DNA of 64,000 bases. Origin: an uncultured delta proteobacterium. GTDB lineage: Bacteria > Desulfobacterota > Binatia > UBA9968. The DNA lies in NCBI GenBank assembly GCA_963840855.1, contig CAWJBB010000034.1, forward strand, positions 72,340-136,339, in the 5' to 3' direction. A program made the position numbers and the translations under genes. Under the pieces are notes generated by a model that worked only from the letters and a program-made list of their open reading frames with translations, did no database searches and had not been told where the DNA came from. Below are positions 49,162 through 57,111 of this stretch, piece after piece (the first letter of the stretch is position 1; the number at the start of each line of letters is the position of its first letter).

Positions 49162-50200
49162 TCACCGAATCACCTTATCCGCCCGATACAGCAAGGACTG
49201 CGGAATCTCCAGACCGATCTGCTTCGCCGTTTTAAGATTAATTACCAGCTCGAACTTCGTTGGTTGCTCGACCGGCAGTTCAGCGGGCTTGCCGCCTTTG
49301 AGGATTCTATCCACGTAATATGCGACGCGCTGGTAGTTGTTCGCGATGTCCGCCCCGTACGACATGAGCCCGCCGGCATCTACAGCAAGTCTCCTGACGT
49401 AGATCGACGGTAACCGGCTCTTTAACGCAAAGTCCGCGATCCGGTTTTGGTTAACATTCATTAGCCCGCCCCCGGACACATAGAGTCCGTCCGGACGCTC
49501 CTTTTTTAGTGCTGCGAATACCTTCTCGAAACCATCCCCGGCTCGTACCTCCCAAGACTGAGTAGTCAATCCCAGCCCACGCGCCGCGACTGAGAACCTC
49601 TTTCACCTCGCGTACACTGCCCTGAAGTGCCGGATCGGAGAGAACCGCGACACGGGCAAGTTTGGGAACGGCTTCTTTGAGCAGCTCCAGCCGCTTACCG
49701 CCTAGTTCTGTGGAAAGGTTTGTCAGGCCGGTGACGTTCCCGCCAGGACGGGCAAGGCTTTCAACTATGCCTGCTTCGACAGGATCGATCCCTTCGCCCA
49801 TCATAACGACGGGAATCGTCTTGGTGGCATTCTTGACCGCGCGGATCACCCTGCCCCCTCCCGCGACCAGGATGATATCAACCTTGAGACGCACCAGCTC
49901 GGCCGCAAGCTCAGAGGCCCGATCGACCTTCCCCTGCGTATATTGGTACTCGATCGCGATGTTCTGTCCTTCTATGTAGCCAAGGTCGCGCAGGGCCAGA
50001 CGAATTGCCTCAGCACGGGTGGACTCACGAGCTGGATCGGTCGAAGATAGATACCCTATCCGCGGAACTTTCTTCGACTGCTGCGCCTGGGCGGGCAAGC
50101 TAAGCGCAAAGAGCATGGCGCCCAGTAGAATTGCGGATTTGAGATTGCGGAATGCGGATTTTAGATTGACGTCGAAACAGTCGATACAGACTCGTTCCAT
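49162..50200 (-). CDS. COG2984 SBP paralogue, frameshift near 49590
   Basis: Same motifs; N-terminus contains repeat-derived NLKSAFRNLKSAI; close paralogue of 46416-47410. Confidence 0.8.
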
Positions 50201-50258
50201 TGTTTTTCCCCTCAATCCGAAATCATCTTCCTCACGCCTTTTGCCTCACGGCTCACGC

Positions 50259-50291
50259 CTATCGAATCACTCTGTCCACCCGCGCAACCAC
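50259..50291 (-). pseudogene. 3'-terminal remnant of a COG2984 gene (VVARVDRVIR*)
   Basis: Matches the conserved C-terminus (RADKVIR*) of the neighbouring paralogues. Confidence 0.6.
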
Positions 50292-50313
50292 GAACTGTGA
50301 GCATCGTCTCCGC

Positions 50314-50342
50314 TTGCCGGAGCTAGGATGGGCCGGTATAAT
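50314..50342 (+). promoter_or_regulatory. Sigma70 promoter giving a probably leaderless TA transcript
   Basis: TTGCCG-17 nt-TATAAT; ATG 7 nt after the -10 box; no SD sequence. Confidence 0.7.
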
Positions 50343-50349
50343 CCGCATT

Positions 50350-50628
50350 ATGGCGTTGCCAAAAAAAATTCATCCAGTCGAAGAGACGGTTAGAGCCGTG
50401 TATGAGAACGGTGTACTGAAACCTCTCCGACCTCTTCGGCTGAAGGAGCAGTCCCGCGTCCTGATCACGGTTTACCCCGAGCGCCGGTGGCGAAACGAAT
50501 TTGAACGCGTGTTGGGGAGAATGAAAGCTCGTACTAAAGCGACTCCGCAAAACGCTATTGAAGCGGAAGTGACTCGAGCGAGAGCCGAGGTCAAGGCCAC
50601 ACGCCGTGCCGCTCGCCGCCCTGCTTGA
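50350..50628 (+). CDS. AF2212-like (DUF104) antitoxin
   Basis: VRAVYENGVLKPL.PL.L.E signature; overlaps the PIN gene. Confidence 0.82.
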   Translation: MALPKKIHPVEETVRAVYENGVLKPLRPLRLKEQSRVLITVYPERRWRNEFERVLGRMKARTKATPQNAIEAEVTRARAEVKATRRAARRPA

Positions 50629-51058
50629 CACCAACGTCTGGGTTTCCGCCTTCCTCAAGCCGAATGGACCTCCTGGACAAGTCGTCGCCGCCTGGGGGGA
50701 TGACGAGTACAGTGTCGTCACGTCGCTCTCACAGCTCAGCGAAATCGCAGAAGTTCTCAGCAGACCGCGATTGGTCCGACGGTTTCGGTATCCCAACCGG
50801 GACGCGGAGGCATTTGTTCGATTGATCGCGGCTCGGGCAACGGTCGTGCAGACATCGGGCGAACTGCAAATATGCCGCGATCCCGATGACGACCAGATCG
50901 TGGAAGCTGCAATCGGTGGCAAAGCGCAATACTTGGTTACCAGAGACGATGATCTTAAACGCGACCTCGACTTGATCAAAACGGCGCGGCGGAATCGAGT
51001 CCGAGTCGTTTCTGTGAGGCAGTTTCTTCGCCGGCTCGCACGCCAAGCAAAGCGGTAA
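50606..51058 (+). CDS. PIN domain toxin (PIN_3 family)
   Basis: LDTNVWVSA, E..EVLSRP, CRDPDDD...EAA..G.A.YLVT.D.DL. Confidence 0.9.
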   Translation: MPLAALLDTNVWVSAFLKPNGPPGQVVAAWGDDEYSVVTSLSQLSEIAEVLSRPRLVRRFRYPNRDAEAFVRLIAARATVVQTSGELQICRDPDDDQIVEAAIGGKAQYLVTRDDDLKRDLDLIKTARRNRVRVVSVRQFLRRLARQAKR

Positions 51059-51159
51059 CTATTCCTTTCGTCAGTTCTCATTTGCTCTTGGCCAAAAGCG
51101 GCCCCGCAGCTGCAGACCTAAAGTCTTTTCCTATCGCCTTACGCCTTACCTTTCACCCC

Positions 51160-52137
51160 TCACCGAATCACCTTGTCCGCCCTCACCAGCAGGTTGGGTG
51201 GAATGGTTAGTCCGATCTGCTTCGCTGCCTTCAAGTTGATTACCAACTCAAACTTCGTTGCCTGCTGCACCGGCAAATCAGCCGGTTTGGCCCCTTTCAA
51301 GATCTTGTCCACGTAAACAGCCGCGCGCCGGAAGAGGTCATCGTAGTCCGCGCCATAGGACATGAGGCCGCCCTCATCGACAAACGCCTTATCGAAATAA
51401 ATAGCCGGTAGCCGGTATTTGCCGGCAAGCTCGACGATCTGCTTTCGTCCGGCGAAAAAGCGGCGAGCAGCGGTGGTCATAATCGCGCCCACCTGTTTCT
51501 GCTTTGCGGTTTGAAAGGCACTCTCCAAATCTTTGAGGTCGGCTTGAGTCTCGAACTCCTCCAATTTTAGCTTCAGAGCCACAGCCGCTGGCCTGAGCTC
51601 TTTCAGTTGGGGTGATGTGGCGGAGCCTCGCAGAAGCCCGACCCGGGCAAGCTTGGGCACCGCATCCTTGAGTACCTCTAGCCTTTTGCTGTTTAGCTCG
51701 GTCCCTAAACTCGAGAGCCCCGTGACATTGCCTTCCGGCCGAGCCAGACTGGCGATCAAACCAGAACCCACGGGATCCGCAGCGTTCGCCATCACAATGG
51801 GGATGGCAGCAGTCGCTTTCTTCGTCGCCGACGCCTGCAGATCCCCTGTGGTTACGATCAAATCAACCTGGAGACGAACCAAGTCCGCCGCGAGCTCAGG
51901 CAGGCGCTCAGTTTTTCCTTCAGCAAATCGGTACTCGAAGACAATGTTTCTTCCCTCAATCCAGCCAAGTTTGGTCAGCTCTTGCCGGAACACGTCCAAC
52001 AGGACCGCGATACCGGAAGCCGTACCATTATCCAGGAAACCGATACGAAAGATTTTTCCCGCCTGCTGCGCGTTGGCGGGAAAGCTATGAGCCAAGAACA
52101 CAGCAGCAAGAGCAAAACAAAAAACTCTTTTACTCAT
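51160..52137 (-). CDS. COG2984/ABC_sub_bind family substrate-binding protein (intact copy)
   Basis: Full 325-aa ORF with signal peptide and all family motifs. Confidence 0.9.
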   Translation of the reverse strand: MSKRVFCFALAAVFLAHSFPANAQQAGKIFRIGFLDNGTASGIAVLLDVFRQELTKLGWIEGRNIVFEYRFAEGKTERLPELAADLVRLQVDLIVTTGDLQASATKKATAAIPIVMANAADPVGSGLIASLARPEGNVTGLSSLGTELNSKRLEVLKDAVPKLARVGLLRGSATSPQLKELRPAAVALKLKLEEFETQADLKDLESAFQTAKQKQVGAIMTTAARRFFAGRKQIVELAGKYRLPAIYFDKAFVDEGGLMSYGADYDDLFRRAAVYVDKILKGAKPADLPVQQATKFELVINLKAAKQIGLTIPPNLLVRADKVIR

Positions 52138-52164
52138 TTCTCTCTCACGCCTTTCGCCTCACGG

Positions 52165-52335
52165 CTAACGAATTACCTTGTCCGCCCTCACCAGCAGGTT
52201 GGGTGGAATCGCCAGGCCGATCTGTTTCGCGGTTTACGTTTACGAACAACTCAAACTTCGTGGGTAATTCTTCCGATCGGAATTCAATGACGATATTCTG
52301 GCCCTCAATGTAGCCAAGCTCACACATACCCTGGT
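52165..52335 (-). pseudogene. Internally deleted COG2984 gene remnant
   Basis: ELGYIEGQNIVIEFR joined directly to PTKFEL...IPPNLLVRADKVIR*. Confidence 0.7.
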
Positions 52336-52618
52336 CGAAGTGGCCCGTTAGACTTTCCAAAGACAGTGAGCACGAACGGTGCCAAAATCCGTTTGCCGAT
52401 GCCCGTATCTAGATCATTGAATTCGCATGAAATATTTGCCAATACAAACCTGCCGAGAGAGCTGAAGCATTACTGGGTGTAGTCGATTTGATACAGGGTG
52501 TAGCAAATTTGATTCACCGCAAATAGTTCGGGCGCGGTTCTGAAACGGCCCGTGAGACTTCAAAAAGGAAGCGCCGTCAGCCGGTATGTGTCCTAGGGGG
52601 CCGCTGAAAACTCTCTGC

Positions 52619-52783
52619 GCAGGCTGCTCAAAAAGACCTCAGAGGCGAGGCGCGCGTCCATCGTGAACGTGTCCGTGAAACGTGACCGTGAAATCCGGAC
52701 GAGCACGACCACGAACCACGACCACGAATTCGAGCGAGGCGATTGAGCGCAACGAAGCATATGTGTCTTTTTCAGCAGCCTGC
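52619..52783. mobile_element. MITE-like element with 19-bp TIRs and a nested hexamer repeat array
   Basis: gcaggctgctcaaaaagac ... gtctttttcagcagcctgc (1 mismatch); internal cgtgaa/cacgac arrays. Confidence 0.65.
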
Positions 52784-52967
52784 CAGGGTTATCGCATTGT
52801 GTCGGAACACGCGTCAATCACTATTTAGCCGCCGGGTTGAGGTTCCCCTTACTCCTCACCTTTCATGTCTCACCGTTTTGTATCGATTCGCTTGACAGTC
52901 TGGTGGTGCTGAAATATCAGTCGAAGTAACTAGTGCGACCATGCGGCAACCGAAAAAATCTGAATAT

Positions 52968-53121
52968 CTCGCGCAAAGACGCAAAGCATGCCAAGTGACG
53001 GGCCTCCGCCCGTCATCCCGAGCGGATGCGAGGGATCTAAGAAAGATTTCTCCCGGAGTTTATCCTGAGCTTGCCGAAGGGGTCGAAATGACATTCTTTG
53101 CGAGCTTGGCGTCTTGGCGCA
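52968..53121. repeat. Composite 8-mer/REP element
   Basis: Inverted relative of 43655-43840; its first 55 nt form an inverted repeat with 55122-55176. Confidence 0.7.
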
Positions 53122-53217
53122 AGCATAATCCTAAGCGTCTGTTACTAAAGGGCAAAGACAGCCAGCAAAATTTGCGCAATCTGCGGAAACCTTGAACTAC
53201 AGAGAGGAACTCGAACC

Positions 53218-54411
53218 ATGAGCATCAGAGGAAAAACGGCAATCGCCGGCATCGGCGAGACGCCCACCGACAGACTTGGCAGCAAACCCGGCGAGCCGCG
53301 TAAATCGACGGCGGAATATCTCGCTTGGGCCGCTCGTTTGGCAATGGAAGATGCCGGACTTCAGAAAAAAGACTTCGAGGGCCAGGGCTTGGCAGCGATC
53401 TATACGACCAACCACTCATCGGTGTTTTGGCCTGAAGAGGTGGCGGCTATACTCGGCATCACGCCGGGCGTATCGCTGGCCGGCGGCAACGGCGGGGCAA
53501 GTTCCGTTTCCTTGCTTGGCCACGCGGCGGCAGCTATCGCCGCCGGTCTTTGCGATCTCGTGCTGGTCATTGCCGCCGCATCGCCGTTCGGCGAGCGCGG
53601 CGGTCACCGCGGCGCCCACGCCGACACCCGCGACTACGAAATGCCCTTCGGCGTAATGGGACCCAATTGCAAAATCTCATTCGTCATGAGCCGCTACATG
53701 CATGAGTCGGGGATGACCGAGGATCACTTCGGGAAAATCGCGGTAACGGGGCGCTATCACGCATCGCTCAATCCTAATGCATATCTCAGAAAACCCATCA
53801 CCATCGAGGATTACAAAAAGTCGCGCTTGATCTCCGATCCGATCCGCCTGTTCGATTGCGTCATGCCGGCCAACGGTGGCAAGGCATACATCATGACTTC
53901 GGCGGAGCGCGCCAAGTCGATGCGCAAGCCGCCGGTTTACTTGCTCGGCTGGGGCGAGTGCAACAACGCGAGCTACGGCCCGCGTTATCGCGCCAATCCG
54001 CTCATCACCGGCATCACAGACGCCGGCAAACGGGCATTTGCCATGTCAGGCGTGGCGCACAAAGATATTCGCTGTCTCAATCTCTACGATGATTATATTC
54101 CCGTCGTAATGATCCAGATCGAAGACCTGGGCTTCTGCGGTCGCAACGACAAAGCGTTCTTCGAGAAAACCGATTTCACGTTCAAAGGCGACCTGCCGAT
54201 TCAGACCAGCGGCGGCATGATCAATTGCGGGCAGCCGTCAACCACGGGCGGCATGCTGCACGTCATCGAGACCGTCCGGCAGATCCGCGGCGAAGGCGGC
54301 GAGCGCCAGGTACCCAATATCAAATTCGGCATCTCCACCGGCGTCGGCGCCGTGAACTACAGCAAGAATTTCGGCTGCACCGCCGCGGCCATCTTCGGCA
54401 GCGAGGCCTGA
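53218..54411 (+). CDS. Thiolase-superfamily protein (SCP2/Ltp2-like), lacking the N-terminal catalytic Cys
   Basis: AIAGIGET, NPNA..R.PIT, PIRLFDC, LYDDY, LPIQTSGG, E.VRQIRGE.GERQV; GGNGGAS where acylating thiolases have Cys. Confidence 0.85.
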   Translation: MSIRGKTAIAGIGETPTDRLGSKPGEPRKSTAEYLAWAARLAMEDAGLQKKDFEGQGLAAIYTTNHSSVFWPEEVAAILGITPGVSLAGGNGGASSVSLLGHAAAAIAAGLCDLVLVIAAASPFGERGGHRGAHADTRDYEMPFGVMGPNCKISFVMSRYMHESGMTEDHFGKIAVTGRYHASLNPNAYLRKPITIEDYKKSRLISDPIRLFDCVMPANGGKAYIMTSAERAKSMRKPPVYLLGWGECNNASYGPRYRANPLITGITDAGKRAFAMSGVAHKDIRCLNLYDDYIPVVMIQIEDLGFCGRNDKAFFEKTDFTFKGDLPIQTSGGMINCGQPSTTGGMLHVIETVRQIRGEGGERQVPNIKFGISTGVGAVNYSKNFGCTAAAIFGSEA

Positions 54412-54460
54412 GTCGTGCTCGTGACTCGTCGCTCGTGCTCGTAGAGAGAAAAGAGATTTA

Positions 54461-54570
54461 ACCACAAAGGCCACAAGAAGAGGGGACTCACCACGAAGGC
54501 ACGAAGTTCACGAAGTTTAAGAATATAAATATTCGAACCCTTCGTGCTCTTCGTGATCTTCGTGGTGAAA
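54461..54570. repeat. Paired inverted nonamer array (CACGAAGnn ... CTTCGTGnn)
   Basis: caccacgaaggcacgaagttcacgaag ... cttcgtgctcttcgtgatcttcgtggtg; preceded by hexamer array gtcgtg-ctcgtg at 54412-54442. Confidence 0.8.
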
Positions 54571-54616
54571 ATTTCTTCTTCCAATATCGCTCAGCAACAT
54601 CGAAAGGTTCATCAAT

Positions 54617-55039
54617 ATGGCAAAACAAGAAATTAAGAAGCCTTTACCCGAAATCACTCCCGTCAACCAACCGTTCTGGGACGCTGCCAGGGCCGGCAAG
54701 CTCATGATGCAAAAGTGCCAGGACTGCGGCACCTGGGTGTTCTGCCCGAGGCCGGTTTGCGGCGACTGCGCCAGCGAAAAACTGGAATGGGTGCAAGTCG
54801 GCGGCAAAGGCAAAATCTTTTGTTTCACCATCATCCGTGAAGTCGTCGGCAACGCACTCCAAGGTTTCGGACCTGATATTCCCTACGTCACCGCCTGGAT
54901 CGATCTCGACGATGGTCCAAGACTTTGCAGCAACGTGATCGGTTGTCCCATTGAAAGCGTCAAGATCGGCATGCCGGTGGAAGTGGTTTTCGAAGATACC
55001 GGCGACGGCATCACGCTGCCGAAGTTCAAGCCGCAATAA
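54617..55039 (+). CDS. Zn-ribbon/OB-fold (DUF35) protein
   Basis: PFW.AA..GKL..QKC..CG...CPR..C..C, PY...IDL..GPR, IGMPVEVVF. Confidence 0.92.
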   Translation: MAKQEIKKPLPEITPVNQPFWDAARAGKLMMQKCQDCGTWVFCPRPVCGDCASEKLEWVQVGGKGKIFCFTIIREVVGNALQGFGPDIPYVTAWIDLDDGPRLCSNVIGCPIESVKIGMPVEVVFEDTGDGITLPKFKPQ

Positions 55040-55233
55040 TAGAACTCATTACCAATTCAATTTCGCGGCGCTGATAACTCTTGCTGCTTTCCGCTACGGT
55101 CGGGCGGCCTTTGGTCAGCACCTCGGGATGACGGGTGGAGGCCCGTCACTTGGCGCGCTTTGCGCCTTTGCGTGAGTCATCAGGTGCGGTTGTGAGTCTT
55201 GGTGACGACTAAATTGGACGAGAGTGCCGGCTC

Positions 55234-55431
55234 ATGAAGCTTTATATACGCGTCACCGCGCTGGCATTGGGCGCGCTGTTCCTGGCCGCTGCGGCGGCAG
55301 CCGGGGTCGAACTCTGGCGCGAAGGCGATTTGCTTGCCAATCCGAAACTCAAACCCGCCGCCGCGTGGCTGATGAGCGGCGCGCTGTTTTTGGGTATCGG
55401 ACTTAAGGGACTCCGGCGCCGGCGCCCCTGA
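55234..55431 (+). CDS. Small two-TM hypothetical membrane protein
   Basis: 65-aa ORF with two hydrophobic segments and a basic tail. Confidence 0.45.
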   Translation: MKLYIRVTALALGALFLAAAAAAGVELWREGDLLANPKLKPAAAWLMSGALFLGIGLKGLRRRRP

Positions 55432-55461
55432 TCCACAGCATTCAAGTCGCGATGCAGTGTT

Positions 55462-55890
55462 TTACTTTAGCGCCTTACGCAAAATACGGATGGCGGTGGC
55501 CGCGTCCGAGGCGTTATCGAAAGCAAAATATGTCACCGCACGCCGTCCAACCGCGGCACCGGAGATGCCGCGCAGATTAATTCCTTCATCGGCCAGCGCG
55601 CGGGTCATTGTGATACCCAACCCGGCCCGGTCAGGACCTTCCACCCGCACCGAATGGATGTTGTCGGTCGTTTGGAAGCCCGCGGCCCGGGCAGCAGTCT
55701 TTTGTTTCGCTCCCGTAATCGGCGTGACGAAGACTACCCCAGTGCCCGGTTTATCCGGAGCGCGGCGCGCGATCACGAACGACAGGTTTGCGCCCGCACT
55801 ATTCAAGGCCGCTAATTTGGTAGATAGACCACCGGGCCGATCAGTGATTTCGCTCACCCATACGTCCACTTTGTTAATAGCGTACGCCAT
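55462..55890 (-). CDS. Tandem ACT domain protein
   Basis: DRPGGL...L......GANL and DRAGLG....RALADEGINL; AAGGAGG RBS. Confidence 0.85.
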   Translation of the reverse strand: MAYAINKVDVWVSEITDRPGGLSTKLAALNSAGANLSFVIARRAPDKPGTGVVFVTPITGAKQKTAARAAGFQTTDNIHSVRVEGPDRAGLGITMTRALADEGINLRGISGAAVGRRAVTYFAFDNASDAATAIRILRKALK

Positions 55891-55998
55891 GACCGCACCT
55901 CCTTGAAAGATTTGATGACAAGTTCGATTGCGCGCCCTGTGGCAGGCTCCTGTTTTCTGAGCCGCTCATACCACCGCACTAAAGATACTGTCAAGTGG

Positions 55999-57111
55999 CT
56001 AATGAGTTTGCCCTTCGCTGCGCCGTTGCTCGATGGCATAGCGTACCAGCGCGGCGTAGCGGTAGACGACGTGGGCGAACTTGCCGTAGGGCGCTGTGAT
56101 GAAGAGGCCGCCAACTACGCCCAGGTGAATAACCAATAGCGTCCCCATTGCCGCAGTCTCGCGCAGCGCGAGTAGCAGCATGCCTGTCAAGCTGGTGAGA
56201 AACAGCAACCCCAGAAAAGCTAAGTCCATGCTGCGCATATATTGCGCGGCCGGAGCGCGGTCGCTTTGCCGCTTTAAAAAAAGCAAACCGCTGGTGCCGA
56301 TCAGCAATCCCACACCACCGGCGGTGCCAAGAACCACGGGCCAACTTGTATAAGGATAAGGCGCCTGCCAGCCGAGAAAGTGATCGTAGAAAGCGGCGAT
56401 GCTTGTGGCTGCAAAGTCGAGTAGAAATCCGTAAAAGACCAAGTGATGAAACCACAGCCTCGAGCGTGAAAAGCTCTCGCCCGGATAATTGCAGCCGGCG
56501 CCGCCGCCTTTCATGTAGGCCAGGCCGAAGGCGTCTTTGGTCGCGCGCCAGAAGGCGCTAGGATCGACGACGTCGGATAGCTTCCCCTGGGTCTCGCGCC
56601 AAAAGCGCGCCGCGCCGATTATGAAAACTCCAAGGCCGTAGAGCGCGATCACCGCCGGCGGCACGGTCATAGCGACAAACGGCACGACACGGTAAAAGGC
56701 CCCCTCGCCTAGATGAACGCCGCGCAAAATATCCCAGCCCTTGAATGCCAGCACGAGGCCGAGAATAATAATCACCGCCGCCGTGGTAATCACGCTTACC
56801 GCCAGCCCGTTGCGTTTGAACAAGCCGGATAGAATGGCCGGCCAAGCGAACTCGCGGTAAGTATCGGCGCGCAACTCGGCCATAACCTTTGGGATGTTTA
56901 CCGCGAATTCGTGGGGCGGGGCGTATTGGCAGGCGTAGTAGCAGTCGCGGCAATCGAAGCATAAGTTTGCCAGATAGATAAGATCGGCCTTGGTAAAAAT
57001 CCGGCGCTGCTCCAGGGCCGGGAACACCGCGCAGTAGCCTTCACAGTAGCGGCAGGCGTTGCAGATCGTCATCTGCCGCGCGCCGTCTTTCAATAGCTCA
57101 AGCGCAGGCAT
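55999..57111 (-). CDS. tcuB: Tricarballylate utilization 4Fe-4S membrane protein TcuB
   Basis: ICNACRYCEGYCAVFPA, LC.DC..CYYACQYAPPHEF, PYGKFAH. Confidence 0.93.
   Translation of the reverse strand: MPALELLKDGARQMTICNACRYCEGYCAVFPALEQRRIFTKADLIYLANLCFDCRDCYYACQYAPPHEFAVNIPKVMAELRADTYREFAWPAILSGLFKRNGLAVSVITTAAVIIILGLVLAFKGWDILRGVHLGEGAFYRVVPFVAMTVPPAVIALYGLGVFIIGAARFWRETQGKLSDVVDPSAFWRATKDAFGLAYMKGGGAGCNYPGESFSRSRLWFHHLVFYGFLLDFAATSIAAFYDHFLGWQAPYPYTSWPVVLGTAGGVGLLIGTSGLLFLKRQSDRAPAAQYMRSMDLAFLGLLFLTSLTGMLLLALRETAAMGTLLVIHLGVVGGLFITAPYGKFAHVVYRYAALVRYAIEQRRSEGQTH

Noticed and set aside
52593-53195. Small ORFs (RLLKKTHMLRCA..., MRQPKKSEYLAQRRK...)
   Set aside because: They lie within MITE/REP repeats; the same applies to 10633-10872, 16249-16689, 41205-41435, 43690-43949 and 63700-63945.
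1228-54570. Short tandem arrays as CRISPR arrays
   Set aside because: Units are 6-9 nt with no unique 25-45-nt spacers, and no cas genes are present.
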